A DNA stretch of 64,000 nucleotides from an uncultured Nitrososphaerota archaeon (GTDB lineage Archaea > Korarchaeota > Korarchaeia > Korarchaeales > Korarchaeaceae): contig CAZQNA010000003.1 in assembly GCA_964594835.1 (NCBI GenBank), forward strand, positions 133,295 through 197,294, read 5' to 3'. The notes beneath the pieces were generated by a model. That model saw only the letters and a list, made by a program, of their open reading frames with translations, was not told the origin of the DNA and made no database searches. A program made the position numbers and the translations under genes. Positions within the stretch are counted from its first letter, which is position 1, and every line of letters begins with the position of its first letter. Of this stretch, positions 8,728 through 16,693 are shown one piece after another.

Positions 8728-9707
8728 GGCCAGCGAGCCCGATCGAGGACTCGGCCCTGAACCGAGCCAAGGGTGTGCGAGCAGGCGCCGGGCTGGAGGT
8801 CAGGCTCGCGGGCCTGAGGCTCGTCAGCCCGGCTGTTCTAACCTCGGGGGTGCTCGGAAACTCGGCGGCGCTGCTCACGAGGGCGGCGAGGTCGGGGGCC
8901 GGGGCCGTGACCACGAAGACGCTGACCCGCCGCCCGAGGGAGGGAAACCCAAACCCGGTGGTCGTCCGGCTGGACGTGGGTCTGCTCAACTCAATGGGCC
9001 TCCCCAACCCCGGGATCGAGCCCTTCATGGGCGAGATCAGACGCTACAAGTCCCTGAACCTCGGGAGCCCGCTCATCGTGAGCATCTGGTCCGAGGACCC
9101 CTCGGAGGCCGCCGAGATGGCCTCCATGGCCCAGGAGGCCGGCGCCGACGCCCTGGAGGTGAACGTGTCCTGTCCGAACGTCCCCTCCAGGAGGATCAGC
9201 TCGGAGTTCGCCGAGGGGGCGGTCAGGGAGCTGGTCGGCTCGGTGAGCGGGGCGACCCGCCTCCCCGTCTTCGTCAAGCTGCCTCCCCTCCACTGGGGGC
9301 TCCCAAGGCTCGCCGTCGCGGCCGTGGAGGCAGGGGCGGAGGTCCTCGTGGCCACCAACACCCTTCGGGGGATGACCATCGACGTTTACGCGAGGCGCCC
9401 CATCCTGTCCAGCGGGATAGGGGGGCTCTCAGGCCCGGCCCTGAAGCCGGTAGCCCTGAGGGCAGTGTACGAGCTCTACGAGGAGTTCGGCGGATCGGTG
9501 CAGATCGTGGGTGTCGGAGGGGTCGGCGGCTGGAGAGACGCTGTGGAGTACCTCCTGGCCGGGGCCTCATGCGTCGGGATCGGAACGGCGATCCTCTCGA
9601 GGGGACTGGGGGTGTTCAGGGATGTCGCCGCCGGAATAGAGAGGTACGTGAGGGAGGAGGGCCTCTCCTCGATCTCTGACCTGGTCGGCGCCGCCCACAG
9701 GCGCTGA
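8724..9707 (+). CDS. pyrD: Dihydroorotate dehydrogenase (class 1B catalytic subunit)
   Basis: TTKT, GNPNP, NSMGLPNPG, NVSCPN, VKLPP, GGLSG; TTG start overlaps the pyrK stop. Confidence 0.95.
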   Translation: MRPASPIEDSALNRAKGVRAGAGLEVRLAGLRLVSPAVLTSGVLGNSAALLTRAARSGAGAVTTKTLTRRPREGNPNPVVVRLDVGLLNSMGLPNPGIEPFMGEIRRYKSLNLGSPLIVSIWSEDPSEAAEMASMAQEAGADALEVNVSCPNVPSRRISSEFAEGAVRELVGSVSGATRLPVFVKLPPLHWGLPRLAVAAVEAGAEVLVATNTLRGMTIDVYARRPILSSGIGGLSGPALKPVALRAVYELYEEFGGSVQIVGVGGVGGWRDAVEYLLAGASCVGIGTAILSRGLGVFRDVAAGIERYVREEGLSSISDLVGAAHRR

Positions 9708-9794
9708 CGCGAGTCGGCGAGGCCTTCGAAAGAGGAACAAGAAAGTCGGCCGGGGAGGCCCCCGGCCGAGCGACGGCCCAGCAGACCCGCGGGC

Positions 9795-10454
9795 TCAGGA
9801 GACCTTCTTGTGGCAGAGCCACCAGTCGAAGCACTCGATCTTCCCGGTCTTGGCCTCCTCGAGCCTCTTCTTGGCGGTCTCCTCGTCGGAGGCGGGCGGG
9901 ACGATCACATGGTCGCCGACCAGCTCGTTCTCGGGCCAGTTGGCGGGAATGGCCACGCCGTGCTTGTCGGACACCTGGAACCCCCTGATCATCCTCAGTA
10001 TCTCGTCCATGTTCCTTCCGAGCTCCTGCGGGTAGTAGAGGATCGCCCTGATGATGCCCTTGGGGTCTACTATGAAGACGGCCCTGACGGTGTTGGTCCC
10101 CTTGCCGGGGTGGATCAGGCCGAGGGCGCTGGAGACCTTGCCCAGGTCGTCCGCTATTATCGGGAACTTGATTTCGACCCCCAGATTCTCCTTGATCCAC
10201 TCGACCCACTTGATGTGGCTGAAGACCTGGTCGATGCTGAGTCCGATGAGCTCGGTGTTGAGCTCCTTGAACTTCTCGTACCTCTTCTGGAAGGCGACGA
10301 ACTCGGTGGTGCAGACTGGCGTGAAGTCGGCGGGGTGACTGAACAGGATGAACCACTTGCCCGCGAAGTGGTCGGGGAGCTTGATCTTGCCGTGGGTCGT
10401 CTGGACCTCTAGGGTCGGGAACTTCTCACCCAGTAGTGGAATCCTTCCCTCCAT
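9795..10454 (-). CDS. Archaeal peroxiredoxin (Prx6 type)
   Basis: [13 protein letters not shown] and C-terminal CFDWWLC. Confidence 0.96.
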   Translation of the reverse strand: MEGRIPLLGEKFPTLEVQTTHGKIKLPDHFAGKWFILFSHPADFTPVCTTEFVAFQKRYEKFKELNTELIGLSIDQVFSHIKWVEWIKENLGVEIKFPIIADDLGKVSSALGLIHPGKGTNTVRAVFIVDPKGIIRAILYYPQELGRNMDEILRMIRGFQVSDKHGVAIPANWPENELVGDHVIVPPASDEETAKKRLEEAKTGKIECFDWWLCHKKVS

Positions 10455-10599
10455 GATACCACCTGCTAACCCCCTAGGTTATGATATTATAAGTATTGCC
10501 TTCGCCGTCCTAACTGACGGAGGGCCACGGGACCGTTTCGGGGAAATGGGTCCACCTTCGATCTCTTTCTCAGGAATAGCGTGAACGTTTATCCCTAGA

Positions 10600-10622
10600 G
10601 AAGGGAAAAAGAGAAAAATTAG
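10600..10622 (-). terminator. T-rich archaeal terminator after cydA'
   Basis: Minus strand reads TAATTTTTCTCTTTTTCCCTTC just after the stop. Confidence 0.55.
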
Positions 10623-10628
10623 GGGGGC

Positions 10629-11855
10629 CTAATCGCTCTCTCCAAGTTCCTCAACAACCTCCCCCTGGGTGGCCGGGGGCCTCTCGGCCCCCTCCCCCGA
10701 CACGGCGACGTAGATCAGGGCCCCGACAGCCACCAGGAGCGGTGCGAGGGCTGCACCCGTTATGACGTACAGGCTCGGAAGGTTGGTGAGGGGGTTGACG
10801 GCCTCGGTCGACAGGGCGTCGACCATCCAGCCCGGTAGCATGTTTAGGAGGTCAGGCCTGGCTATGAAGTAGGGCAGCTGGCTGTACATGTTCAGGAACT
10901 CCCCGGTTATCACGGCCCCGAGGGCTGAGGGCCCGAGCGTGACGATCCACCTCATGGAGTCCTCGTTGAGGGATCCCCGCCTGATCAGCGACCTCAAGGT
11001 GATCAGTATCACGGCGAACTGAGCGGCCACGAACCCCATCTTCACTAAGAAAAGCCAGGAGAAGTCCTTTGCCGGCTCCGCACCGAGGAACCTTCCGAAG
11101 ATGTTGACGAACTTGTACTGGGAGACGGAGAGCAGGCTGAGGGTGTACCAGAAGCCGAAGATCAGCATCAGGAAGAGGGATAGGGCCCCGCACGGGAGCA
11201 GGGCCCCCACGACCTCGGCGTACCTGTCCCTCAGCTCCCCCTCGCTGGCGGCGTGCCTCCAGGCGTAAGCGGAGGCGACCACGAACGCACCGGTGGCCAG
11301 GGCGCCGAACACGCTCTTCAGGTACAGCGGCATCAGGGTCGGGTTGGAGAGGGCCTCTCCCAGGACGAGGTGGAGCTTGGGCTGGAGCCTGAGCCCGAAG
11401 GGCGCGTTGAGGAACGCGAAGACGGCTCTGAACCCCAGGGGTATCAGCAAGCCAGTGGCGGCCATCGCGGCCCCTATGAGCAGGTGGACCCCCTTCGAGA
11501 CCCGGTCCCAGAGGTACCAGTAGCCCGCGACGGACAGGAACCTCAGCGCGATGAGCAGCACGGCGAGGCCGAATGGCACCCAGGTCAGGTGACCCGCCAG
11601 GCCTATGAACGCCGGGTAGAAGGCCAGGAGGGCCACGGTGAAGGCCGTCCCGAAGACCCCCGCAACCGCGTAGGTCATTGCGTAGTACCTCATGAGGCCC
11701 CTGGCCCTCTCGACCAGGAACTCGTCCTCCCTGCGCTCCCCCAGCCACTTCATGACGGGTATGAGGGTGGCCAGTCCGATGTCGAGGTTCACCAGGGCTA
11801 TGTGTAGGCCGAAGGCAAGCGAGAGGATGAAGACCACGGCGACCGGCTCCGGCAT
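10629..11855 (-). CDS. Cytochrome bd-type oxidase subunit CydA' (CydA paralogue)
   Basis: Multi-TM CydA homologue (FGLHIALVNL, GVFGT, YSQLPY) lacking several heme/quinol motifs; directly downstream of cydA. Confidence 0.8.
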   Translation of the reverse strand: MPEPVAVVFILSLAFGLHIALVNLDIGLATLIPVMKWLGERREDEFLVERARGLMRYYAMTYAVAGVFGTAFTVALLAFYPAFIGLAGHLTWVPFGLAVLLIALRFLSVAGYWYLWDRVSKGVHLLIGAAMAATGLLIPLGFRAVFAFLNAPFGLRLQPKLHLVLGEALSNPTLMPLYLKSVFGALATGAFVVASAYAWRHAASEGELRDRYAEVVGALLPCGALSLFLMLIFGFWYTLSLLSVSQYKFVNIFGRFLGAEPAKDFSWLFLVKMGFVAAQFAVILITLRSLIRRGSLNEDSMRWIVTLGPSALGAVITGEFLNMYSQLPYFIARPDLLNMLPGWMVDALSTEAVNPLTNLPSLYVITGAALAPLLVAVGALIYVAVSGEGAERPPATQGEVVEELGESD

Positions 11856-11863
11856 GGCTCAAC

Positions 11864-13492
11864 TCACCTCCTCCCCTCCTCCGCGGTCGCGGCCGCCCTC
11901 CTCCACAGGTAGAGGTAGACCATCGAGAGCAGGAGGGCCAGCAGCGCGACCAGGTAAAGGGCGACCAGCGCCAGCTGCCAGGCGGGTGGCGGGTTCACCG
12001 TCACCTCCGTCTGGACGTCCATTATGCCGTAGATGGCCCAGGGCTTCCTCCCGATCTCCCTCACCGCCCACCCCAGGAAGCTGACGAGCTGGGCCAGGAT
12101 GGGAGACAGGGACGAGGCCCACAGGACCCACCTGGGGGGCTCGTCGGCCCTCCTCAGCTCGAGCGCCGCGGCCAGCGCTGTGAGGCCGAGCAGAACTCCG
12201 AGGCCGACCTTCCCGTAGTAGAGATAGTGTACAACCAGCGGCGGCCTGAAGTCGGGGTGTATCAGGTCGTAGGAGGGCAGCACGGCGCTGGAGCTCCCGT
12301 AGGCGAGGAGCGGCATGAGCCTCCCGTGAACCAGGCCCTCCGCGTGGATAAGCTCCGGGAGGCTGGTTATCTGCTCGCTCGTCCCCTCCATGGCGGCGAG
12401 CTTCTCCGGGTTGAACTCAGCCACGGCGGCGCCCATGGCGTGGCCAGACCCGGTGCCCTGGATGGCCACTGCCACCAGGGCAGCAAGGGCCGCGAACCTG
12501 AAGGCCCTGAGGAAGTACTCCCTGTCCGGATCGTCCTCCGCCGTCCTTAGGAGCCTCAGCGCGTAGGCCCCCATGACCGTGAAGGCAGACACTGTGACGG
12601 CCGCCCCCACGGAGTGCACGAAAGTGGCGACGTAGGTGCCCGACTTGAACGTGATCGAGTAGACCCCGGCGTGCCTGACGGTGTTGGCGACTATCGAGTC
12701 GAGGACACTCTTGAGCGGGACGGAGGCGAGGGCCTGGGCCGCCTCTGGTCTGGCGACGGCCGCCAGGAGGCTGTCTCCCACCGTGTACCCCGCGAAGGCC
12801 TGAGACATGAGAGCCCTTACCAGCCCGGCCGGCAGGGAGACCAGGACGTAGTCGGCCCCGCTGTCGAGTATCCTCCCCCCGACCTCGGCGAGCCTCTGAG
12901 CGTCCAGGGCCTGGGCCACCTGTGTGGGGACGTAGAGGAGGACCTCCGGAGGGGCCCACGCCCCGGTGGACGGGTCGTAGTTGGCCAGGACGTTGGCGGG
13001 GGACTGCATGAAGGAGTTGACGCTCAGGATCATGGCCCCGGAGAACCAGGCGCCGGCCAGGGCAGCGACCCCCATGAGGAGGTGGACCCTGGGAGAGACC
13101 CTGCCGTCGGCGTAGAAGTAGAGGTAGATGAAGGCCACCTCCGTCATGAACGCGAAGATCTCCAGGTAGAGGGGGAAGTAGATGTACCTGCCCGCCGCCT
13201 CGGTCAGGTTGGGCCACAGCAGAATGAGGCCGAACTCCGAGGCGGTGCCGGAGGCGGCGCCGACCGCGAAGACCACGGTGAAGCCCTTCGCCAGATTCCG
13301 CGAGAGCCTCTTCCAGTACTCGTTCCCGGTCCTGAGCCAAATCGCCTCGGCAAAGACCGCCAGGAGCGGCAGCCCGAGGACGTACTGGAGTATCGCCCAG
13401 TGAACCTCTATCCCGACCAGGGACAGGAGCCGCTCGCGGCCCGCGGGATAGCCCCTCAGCCAGTCGAGAATCAGGTCGACGAGACCCGGCAT
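11864..13492 (-). CDS. cydA: Cytochrome bd-type quinol oxidase subunit I
   Basis: EVHW, FAVGAASGT, LEIFAFMTE, NSFMQSP, FVHSV, PEKLAAMEG, REIGRKPW. Confidence 0.92.
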   Translation of the reverse strand: MPGLVDLILDWLRGYPAGRERLLSLVGIEVHWAILQYVLGLPLLAVFAEAIWLRTGNEYWKRLSRNLAKGFTVVFAVGAASGTASEFGLILLWPNLTEAAGRYIYFPLYLEIFAFMTEVAFIYLYFYADGRVSPRVHLLMGVAALAGAWFSGAMILSVNSFMQSPANVLANYDPSTGAWAPPEVLLYVPTQVAQALDAQRLAEVGGRILDSGADYVLVSLPAGLVRALMSQAFAGYTVGDSLLAAVARPEAAQALASVPLKSVLDSIVANTVRHAGVYSITFKSGTYVATFVHSVGAAVTVSAFTVMGAYALRLLRTAEDDPDREYFLRAFRFAALAALVAVAIQGTGSGHAMGAAVAEFNPEKLAAMEGTSEQITSLPELIHAEGLVHGRLMPLLAYGSSSAVLPSYDLIHPDFRPPLVVHYLYYGKVGLGVLLGLTALAAALELRRADEPPRWVLWASSLSPILAQLVSFLGWAVREIGRKPWAIYGIMDVQTEVTVNPPPAWQLALVALYLVALLALLLSMVYLYLWRRAAATAEEGRR

Positions 13493-13561
13493 CCCTCCTC
13501 TGAGGCGGTACCCCGTCGGTTTCTAATTTAAATATCGATAGTTTGGATTCAGAACTCAAGT

Positions 13562-13577
13562 GATGAGAAATCTCATC
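13562..13577. promoter_or_regulatory. Perfect palindrome upstream of cydA (candidate operator)
   Basis: GATGAGA-AA-TCTCATC, just upstream of the AT-rich TATA region (13524-13541). Confidence 0.55.
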
Positions 13578-13592
13578 GAAGTCCTCGGAATG

Positions 13593-13886
13593 TCAACCGA
13601 TGGATCTTGGGTTCGCGGGTCTGCCGACCCTGTAGAGGGCCAGGTACTCGTCCTCGCCTATCATCTCGACGGCCTCGACGACCACCTCCCCCCTCAGCCT
13701 GTCCCTGAGCCTCCAGGCGAGGTCGTCGAAGTAGTCGTAGAGGCCGCAAGAGGCGCAGAACGGCCCCCTCACCCTGACCACGCCGACCTCCCCCTCCACG
13801 TGAACCAGCTCCGCCACCGCCTCTGGGCTTCGCATCTCGTTGAACTCGTCGATTGACTCCTCGAAGATCCTCCTCAGGTCCCTCAT
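13593..13886 (-). CDS. Small archaeal CxxC protein (NifU-C-like)
   Basis: VVRVRGPFCASCG motif. Confidence 0.7.
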   Translation of the reverse strand: MRDLRRIFEESIDEFNEMRSPEAVAELVHVEGEVGVVRVRGPFCASCGLYDYFDDLAWRLRDRLRGEVVVEAVEMIGEDEYLALYRVGRPANPRSIG

Positions 13887-13928
13887 CGGGCCTAGGGTGC
13901 GGCCGGGCTAAATAAGGCCCCCGCCCGC

Positions 13929-14657
13929 CTACACCTCAACGGGTACCGGCCCCGCTGGCTCGATGGACCTCCCCCTGAGCCTGAATCGGTGGGCGGCCAG
14001 CTCGACCCCCTCCCGGGCCGCCCTCCTCAGGGCCCTCGCGAACTTCGGGTCGGTCTCCTCGTTGGGAGAGAGCCTCTCCGCGTCGGGCCTCATTATGAGG
14101 AAGAGGACGAACGCCCTGAGTCCGGATCGGACGGCCCGGATGAGGTTGAGAACGTGCCTGGTTCCCCTCTCGGTGGGGGCGTCTGGGAAGAGGGCGAGCC
14201 CGTCGACGACCAGCGTGCACCCCTTCACCTCCACAAGCGTGGGGGGCGAGGTCTCCAGGAGGAGGTCAACCCTGCTGTCCCCGAACCTCACCTCCCTCCT
14301 GAACCCCGCGGTCGGCGGGAGGCCCGGGACCCCTCCGGACCTTATGAGCTCGACCGCCAGGTCCGAGTGGAGGCCGGAGTTTACGACCGTCCACCACGCC
14401 CCCGACCAGACCGCCAGGACCTCGCAGTCGGTCCTCCTCCCGGCCCCCTCTCTCTCGAGGAAGAGGGTCCTGGCGCCAGGCACGAGCAGCTCCCTGAGCC
14501 TCCCGGGATCGCGGAGGTGGCACCTCCTGATCCCACGAGACGTCTTCAGCAGCGCGGTGAACCGGTTTGGCCTCGACCTGAACAGCCCGAACCCGAGACG
14601 GCCCTCGATCCTCAACGACTCCCATCCGGGTAGTTCAGGTTTTTCAGCTTTCCCCAC
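13929..14657 (-). CDS. sfsA: Sugar fermentation stimulation protein A family (PD-(D/E)xK fold)
   Basis: RPNRF, HLRDPGRLRELL, SRVDLLL, VEVKGCTL, FPDAPTERGTRH. Confidence 0.93.
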   Translation of the reverse strand: MGKAEKPELPGWESLRIEGRLGFGLFRSRPNRFTALLKTSRGIRRCHLRDPGRLRELLVPGARTLFLEREGAGRRTDCEVLAVWSGAWWTVVNSGLHSDLAVELIRSGGVPGLPPTAGFRREVRFGDSRVDLLLETSPPTLVEVKGCTLVVDGLALFPDAPTERGTRHVLNLIRAVRSGLRAFVLFLIMRPDAERLSPNEETDPKFARALRRAAREGVELAAHRFRLRGRSIEPAGPVPVEV

Positions 14658-14676
14658 CGGCAGGCTTGGTGGTAGC

Positions 14677-15861
14677 TTGAGCTGGGTCAGAGCGGAGGTC
14701 GCTCCCGGCGTAACCCTCGTCAGGATCCTGAACACGACCTTCGAGAGGTTTGAGAACTTCTGGCCCATTCCTAGGGGGACCTCCTACAACTTCTACGTGG
14801 TGAGGGGGTCTGACGGCGTCGCGCTAATAGATGGGGCCGACGAGAGGGTATCGGACGTCTTCTGGGAGGCCCTGGAGAGCGTGGTCGACCCGTCAGAGAT
14901 AACCCTGGTGGTCTCCCAGCACACCGAGCCCGACCACTCCGGCACCCTCGCCGAGGTCCTGAGGAGGGCCCCGAGGGCGACGCTCGTCGGCACCAGCCAG
15001 GCAATCCAGATCGGGGCGTCCCTCTCCGGGTACCCCACGGACAGGTCGAGGCCGGTGGCCGACGGGGAGACCGTCAGCCTGGGGGACAGGACCCTGAGGT
15101 TCATCTCCGCCCCCTTCGTCCACTGGCCCGACACGATGATGACCCTGTTGGAGGAGGAGGGTATCCTGTTCACGTGCGACCTCTTCGGCTCCCACGGGGC
15201 CAGCAGGGCCGTCTACTACGACGAGGACCCCGACGGCTTCGAGCTGAGGGACTACTACTCCTCCATCCTGATGGTCTACTCGTCGATGGCGGCCAGGGCC
15301 GCCGCCAGGGCCCGGGAGCTCTCGCCCAGGGTGATTGCCCCCGGGCACGGTGCCCTCCACAGGGACGTCGACTGGATACTCGAGACCTACGAGAGGTGGA
15401 CGTCCTGGAGGCCGCTCAAGAGGGCCCTGATAGTCCTGGGAAGTCAGTACGAGCGGACCCAGAGGCTGGCGGAGGCGGCTGCGGAGGGCCTTAGGGGAGA
15501 GGGGTTCGAGGTCGTCACGATGGACACGGCCGAGGCCGACTACGACGACCTGCTCTCTGAGACCCTGGAGTCGGCCGCCCTGATCATAGCGTCGAGCACG
15601 CACAACGGCAGGCCCTTCCTGGGCGTCACCTTCTACCTGGACCTCCTCTCGGAGTACAAGCCGAAGAACAAGGTCGTTGCCCTGTTGGGGACGTACGGCT
15701 GGACCGGTGGGGCCCTCCGGGCCGTCAGGCAGGTGATCGAGGGGCTGAAGCTCCCGGTGGTGGGTGAGGTGTCCGTCAAGGGGACGCCGACCGGGGCAGA
15801 CCTGGAGGCTGCCCGAGACCTCGGCAGGAGGCTTGCTGAAGAGGCCCTCAAGCTCCTGTGA
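14677..15861 (+). CDS. fprA: Flavodiiron protein (A-type flavoprotein; O2/NO reductase)
   Basis: GTSYN, HTEPDHSG, HWPD, CDLFGSH, PGHG, followed by a flavodoxin domain (GTYGW). Confidence 0.93.
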   Translation: MSWVRAEVAPGVTLVRILNTTFERFENFWPIPRGTSYNFYVVRGSDGVALIDGADERVSDVFWEALESVVDPSEITLVVSQHTEPDHSGTLAEVLRRAPRATLVGTSQAIQIGASLSGYPTDRSRPVADGETVSLGDRTLRFISAPFVHWPDTMMTLLEEEGILFTCDLFGSHGASRAVYYDEDPDGFELRDYYSSILMVYSSMAARAAARARELSPRVIAPGHGALHRDVDWILETYERWTSWRPLKRALIVLGSQYERTQRLAEAAAEGLRGEGFEVVTMDTAEADYDDLLSETLESAALIIASSTHNGRPFLGVTFYLDLLSEYKPKNKVVALLGTYGWTGGALRAVRQVIEGLKLPVVGEVSVKGTPTGADLEAARDLGRRLAEEALKLL

Positions 15862-16168
15862 GACCCTGACCCCGGTCTCGGTTCCGGCGAATCGACCGGC
15901 CTCGCTCCCAGATCGACTCGCCCCTCACCCTGACCTCCACGATCCTGTGCAGGGGGATGACGGTCCCGTCCGGGAGCACCATCCTGTCTGACCTCACCTC
16001 CAGAAGCTCGCTCCCCCTGACGGAGTCCAGGCCGGTCTCTGTGCCCCTCGAGATGTAGAGGATCTCGTAGTCCTCGGGCCTCTCCCCAGGCTTCCACAGC
16101 ATGGCGCTGAGTATCTCCCTTATCTCGGCCTTTCCCTTCCCGGTCCTGGCCCGCCTGCGTCGAGTCAA
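15848..16168 (-). CDS. DUF504 / MJ1316-like RNA-repair domain protein
   Basis: IREIL..LW, YISRG, IPLHRI, IWER. Confidence 0.85.
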   Translation of the reverse strand: MTRRRRARTGKGKAEIREILSAMLWKPGERPEDYEILYISRGTETGLDSVRGSELLEVRSDRMVLPDGTVIPLHRIVEVRVRGESIWERGRSIRRNRDRGQGLTGA

Positions 16169-16198
16169 GTTGGGCCCGATCCCCCTAACTCCCCCACC

Positions 16199-16618
16199 TC
16201 AGAACATGGAGACGATGATCGCCCCAGCCACTATCAGGAGGCTCCCGACCAGCTTCGGCAGCGTCAGCCTCTCTCCGAGCACGAGGGCCGCGAGCACGAC
16301 CCCGAAGATTACGCTGGTCCTGTCGATGGGGATCACCCTCGACGCCTCGCCCACGCTGAGGGCCTTGAAGTAGGCCATCCACGAGGCCGCGCCGAAGAGT
16401 CCGGCTAGGGCTATGTATCCCAGGGCCCTCGCGTCCACCTTGCTGAGGTCCGTCCTCCCTATGGCCACGGCGAAGAGCGCCGACAGGATCGCCATGATCA
16501 CGGCCCTGATGGCCGTGGCCGTTATGGGGTCCACCTCCTCGACCCCTATCTTGCCCACCACCCCGACGAGACCCGCGAACAGCGCGGAGAGGAGCGCGTA
16601 GAAGAGCCACGTGGCCAT
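16199..16618 (-). CDS. EamA family transporter
   Basis: Multiple TM helices; YFKAL, PIDRTSV, LGERL. Confidence 0.92.
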   Translation of the reverse strand: MATWLFYALLSALFAGLVGVVGKIGVEEVDPITATAIRAVIMAILSALFAVAIGRTDLSKVDARALGYIALAGLFGAASWMAYFKALSVGEASRVIPIDRTSVIFGVVLAALVLGERLTLPKLVGSLLIVAGAIIVSMF

Positions 16619-16693
16619 CTAACCACCTCGCGACCCCTCCTGGGCTGGAGGACAAAAAGTCATGCGGCGGGGTCGGGGGCGAGTATCCTGCAC

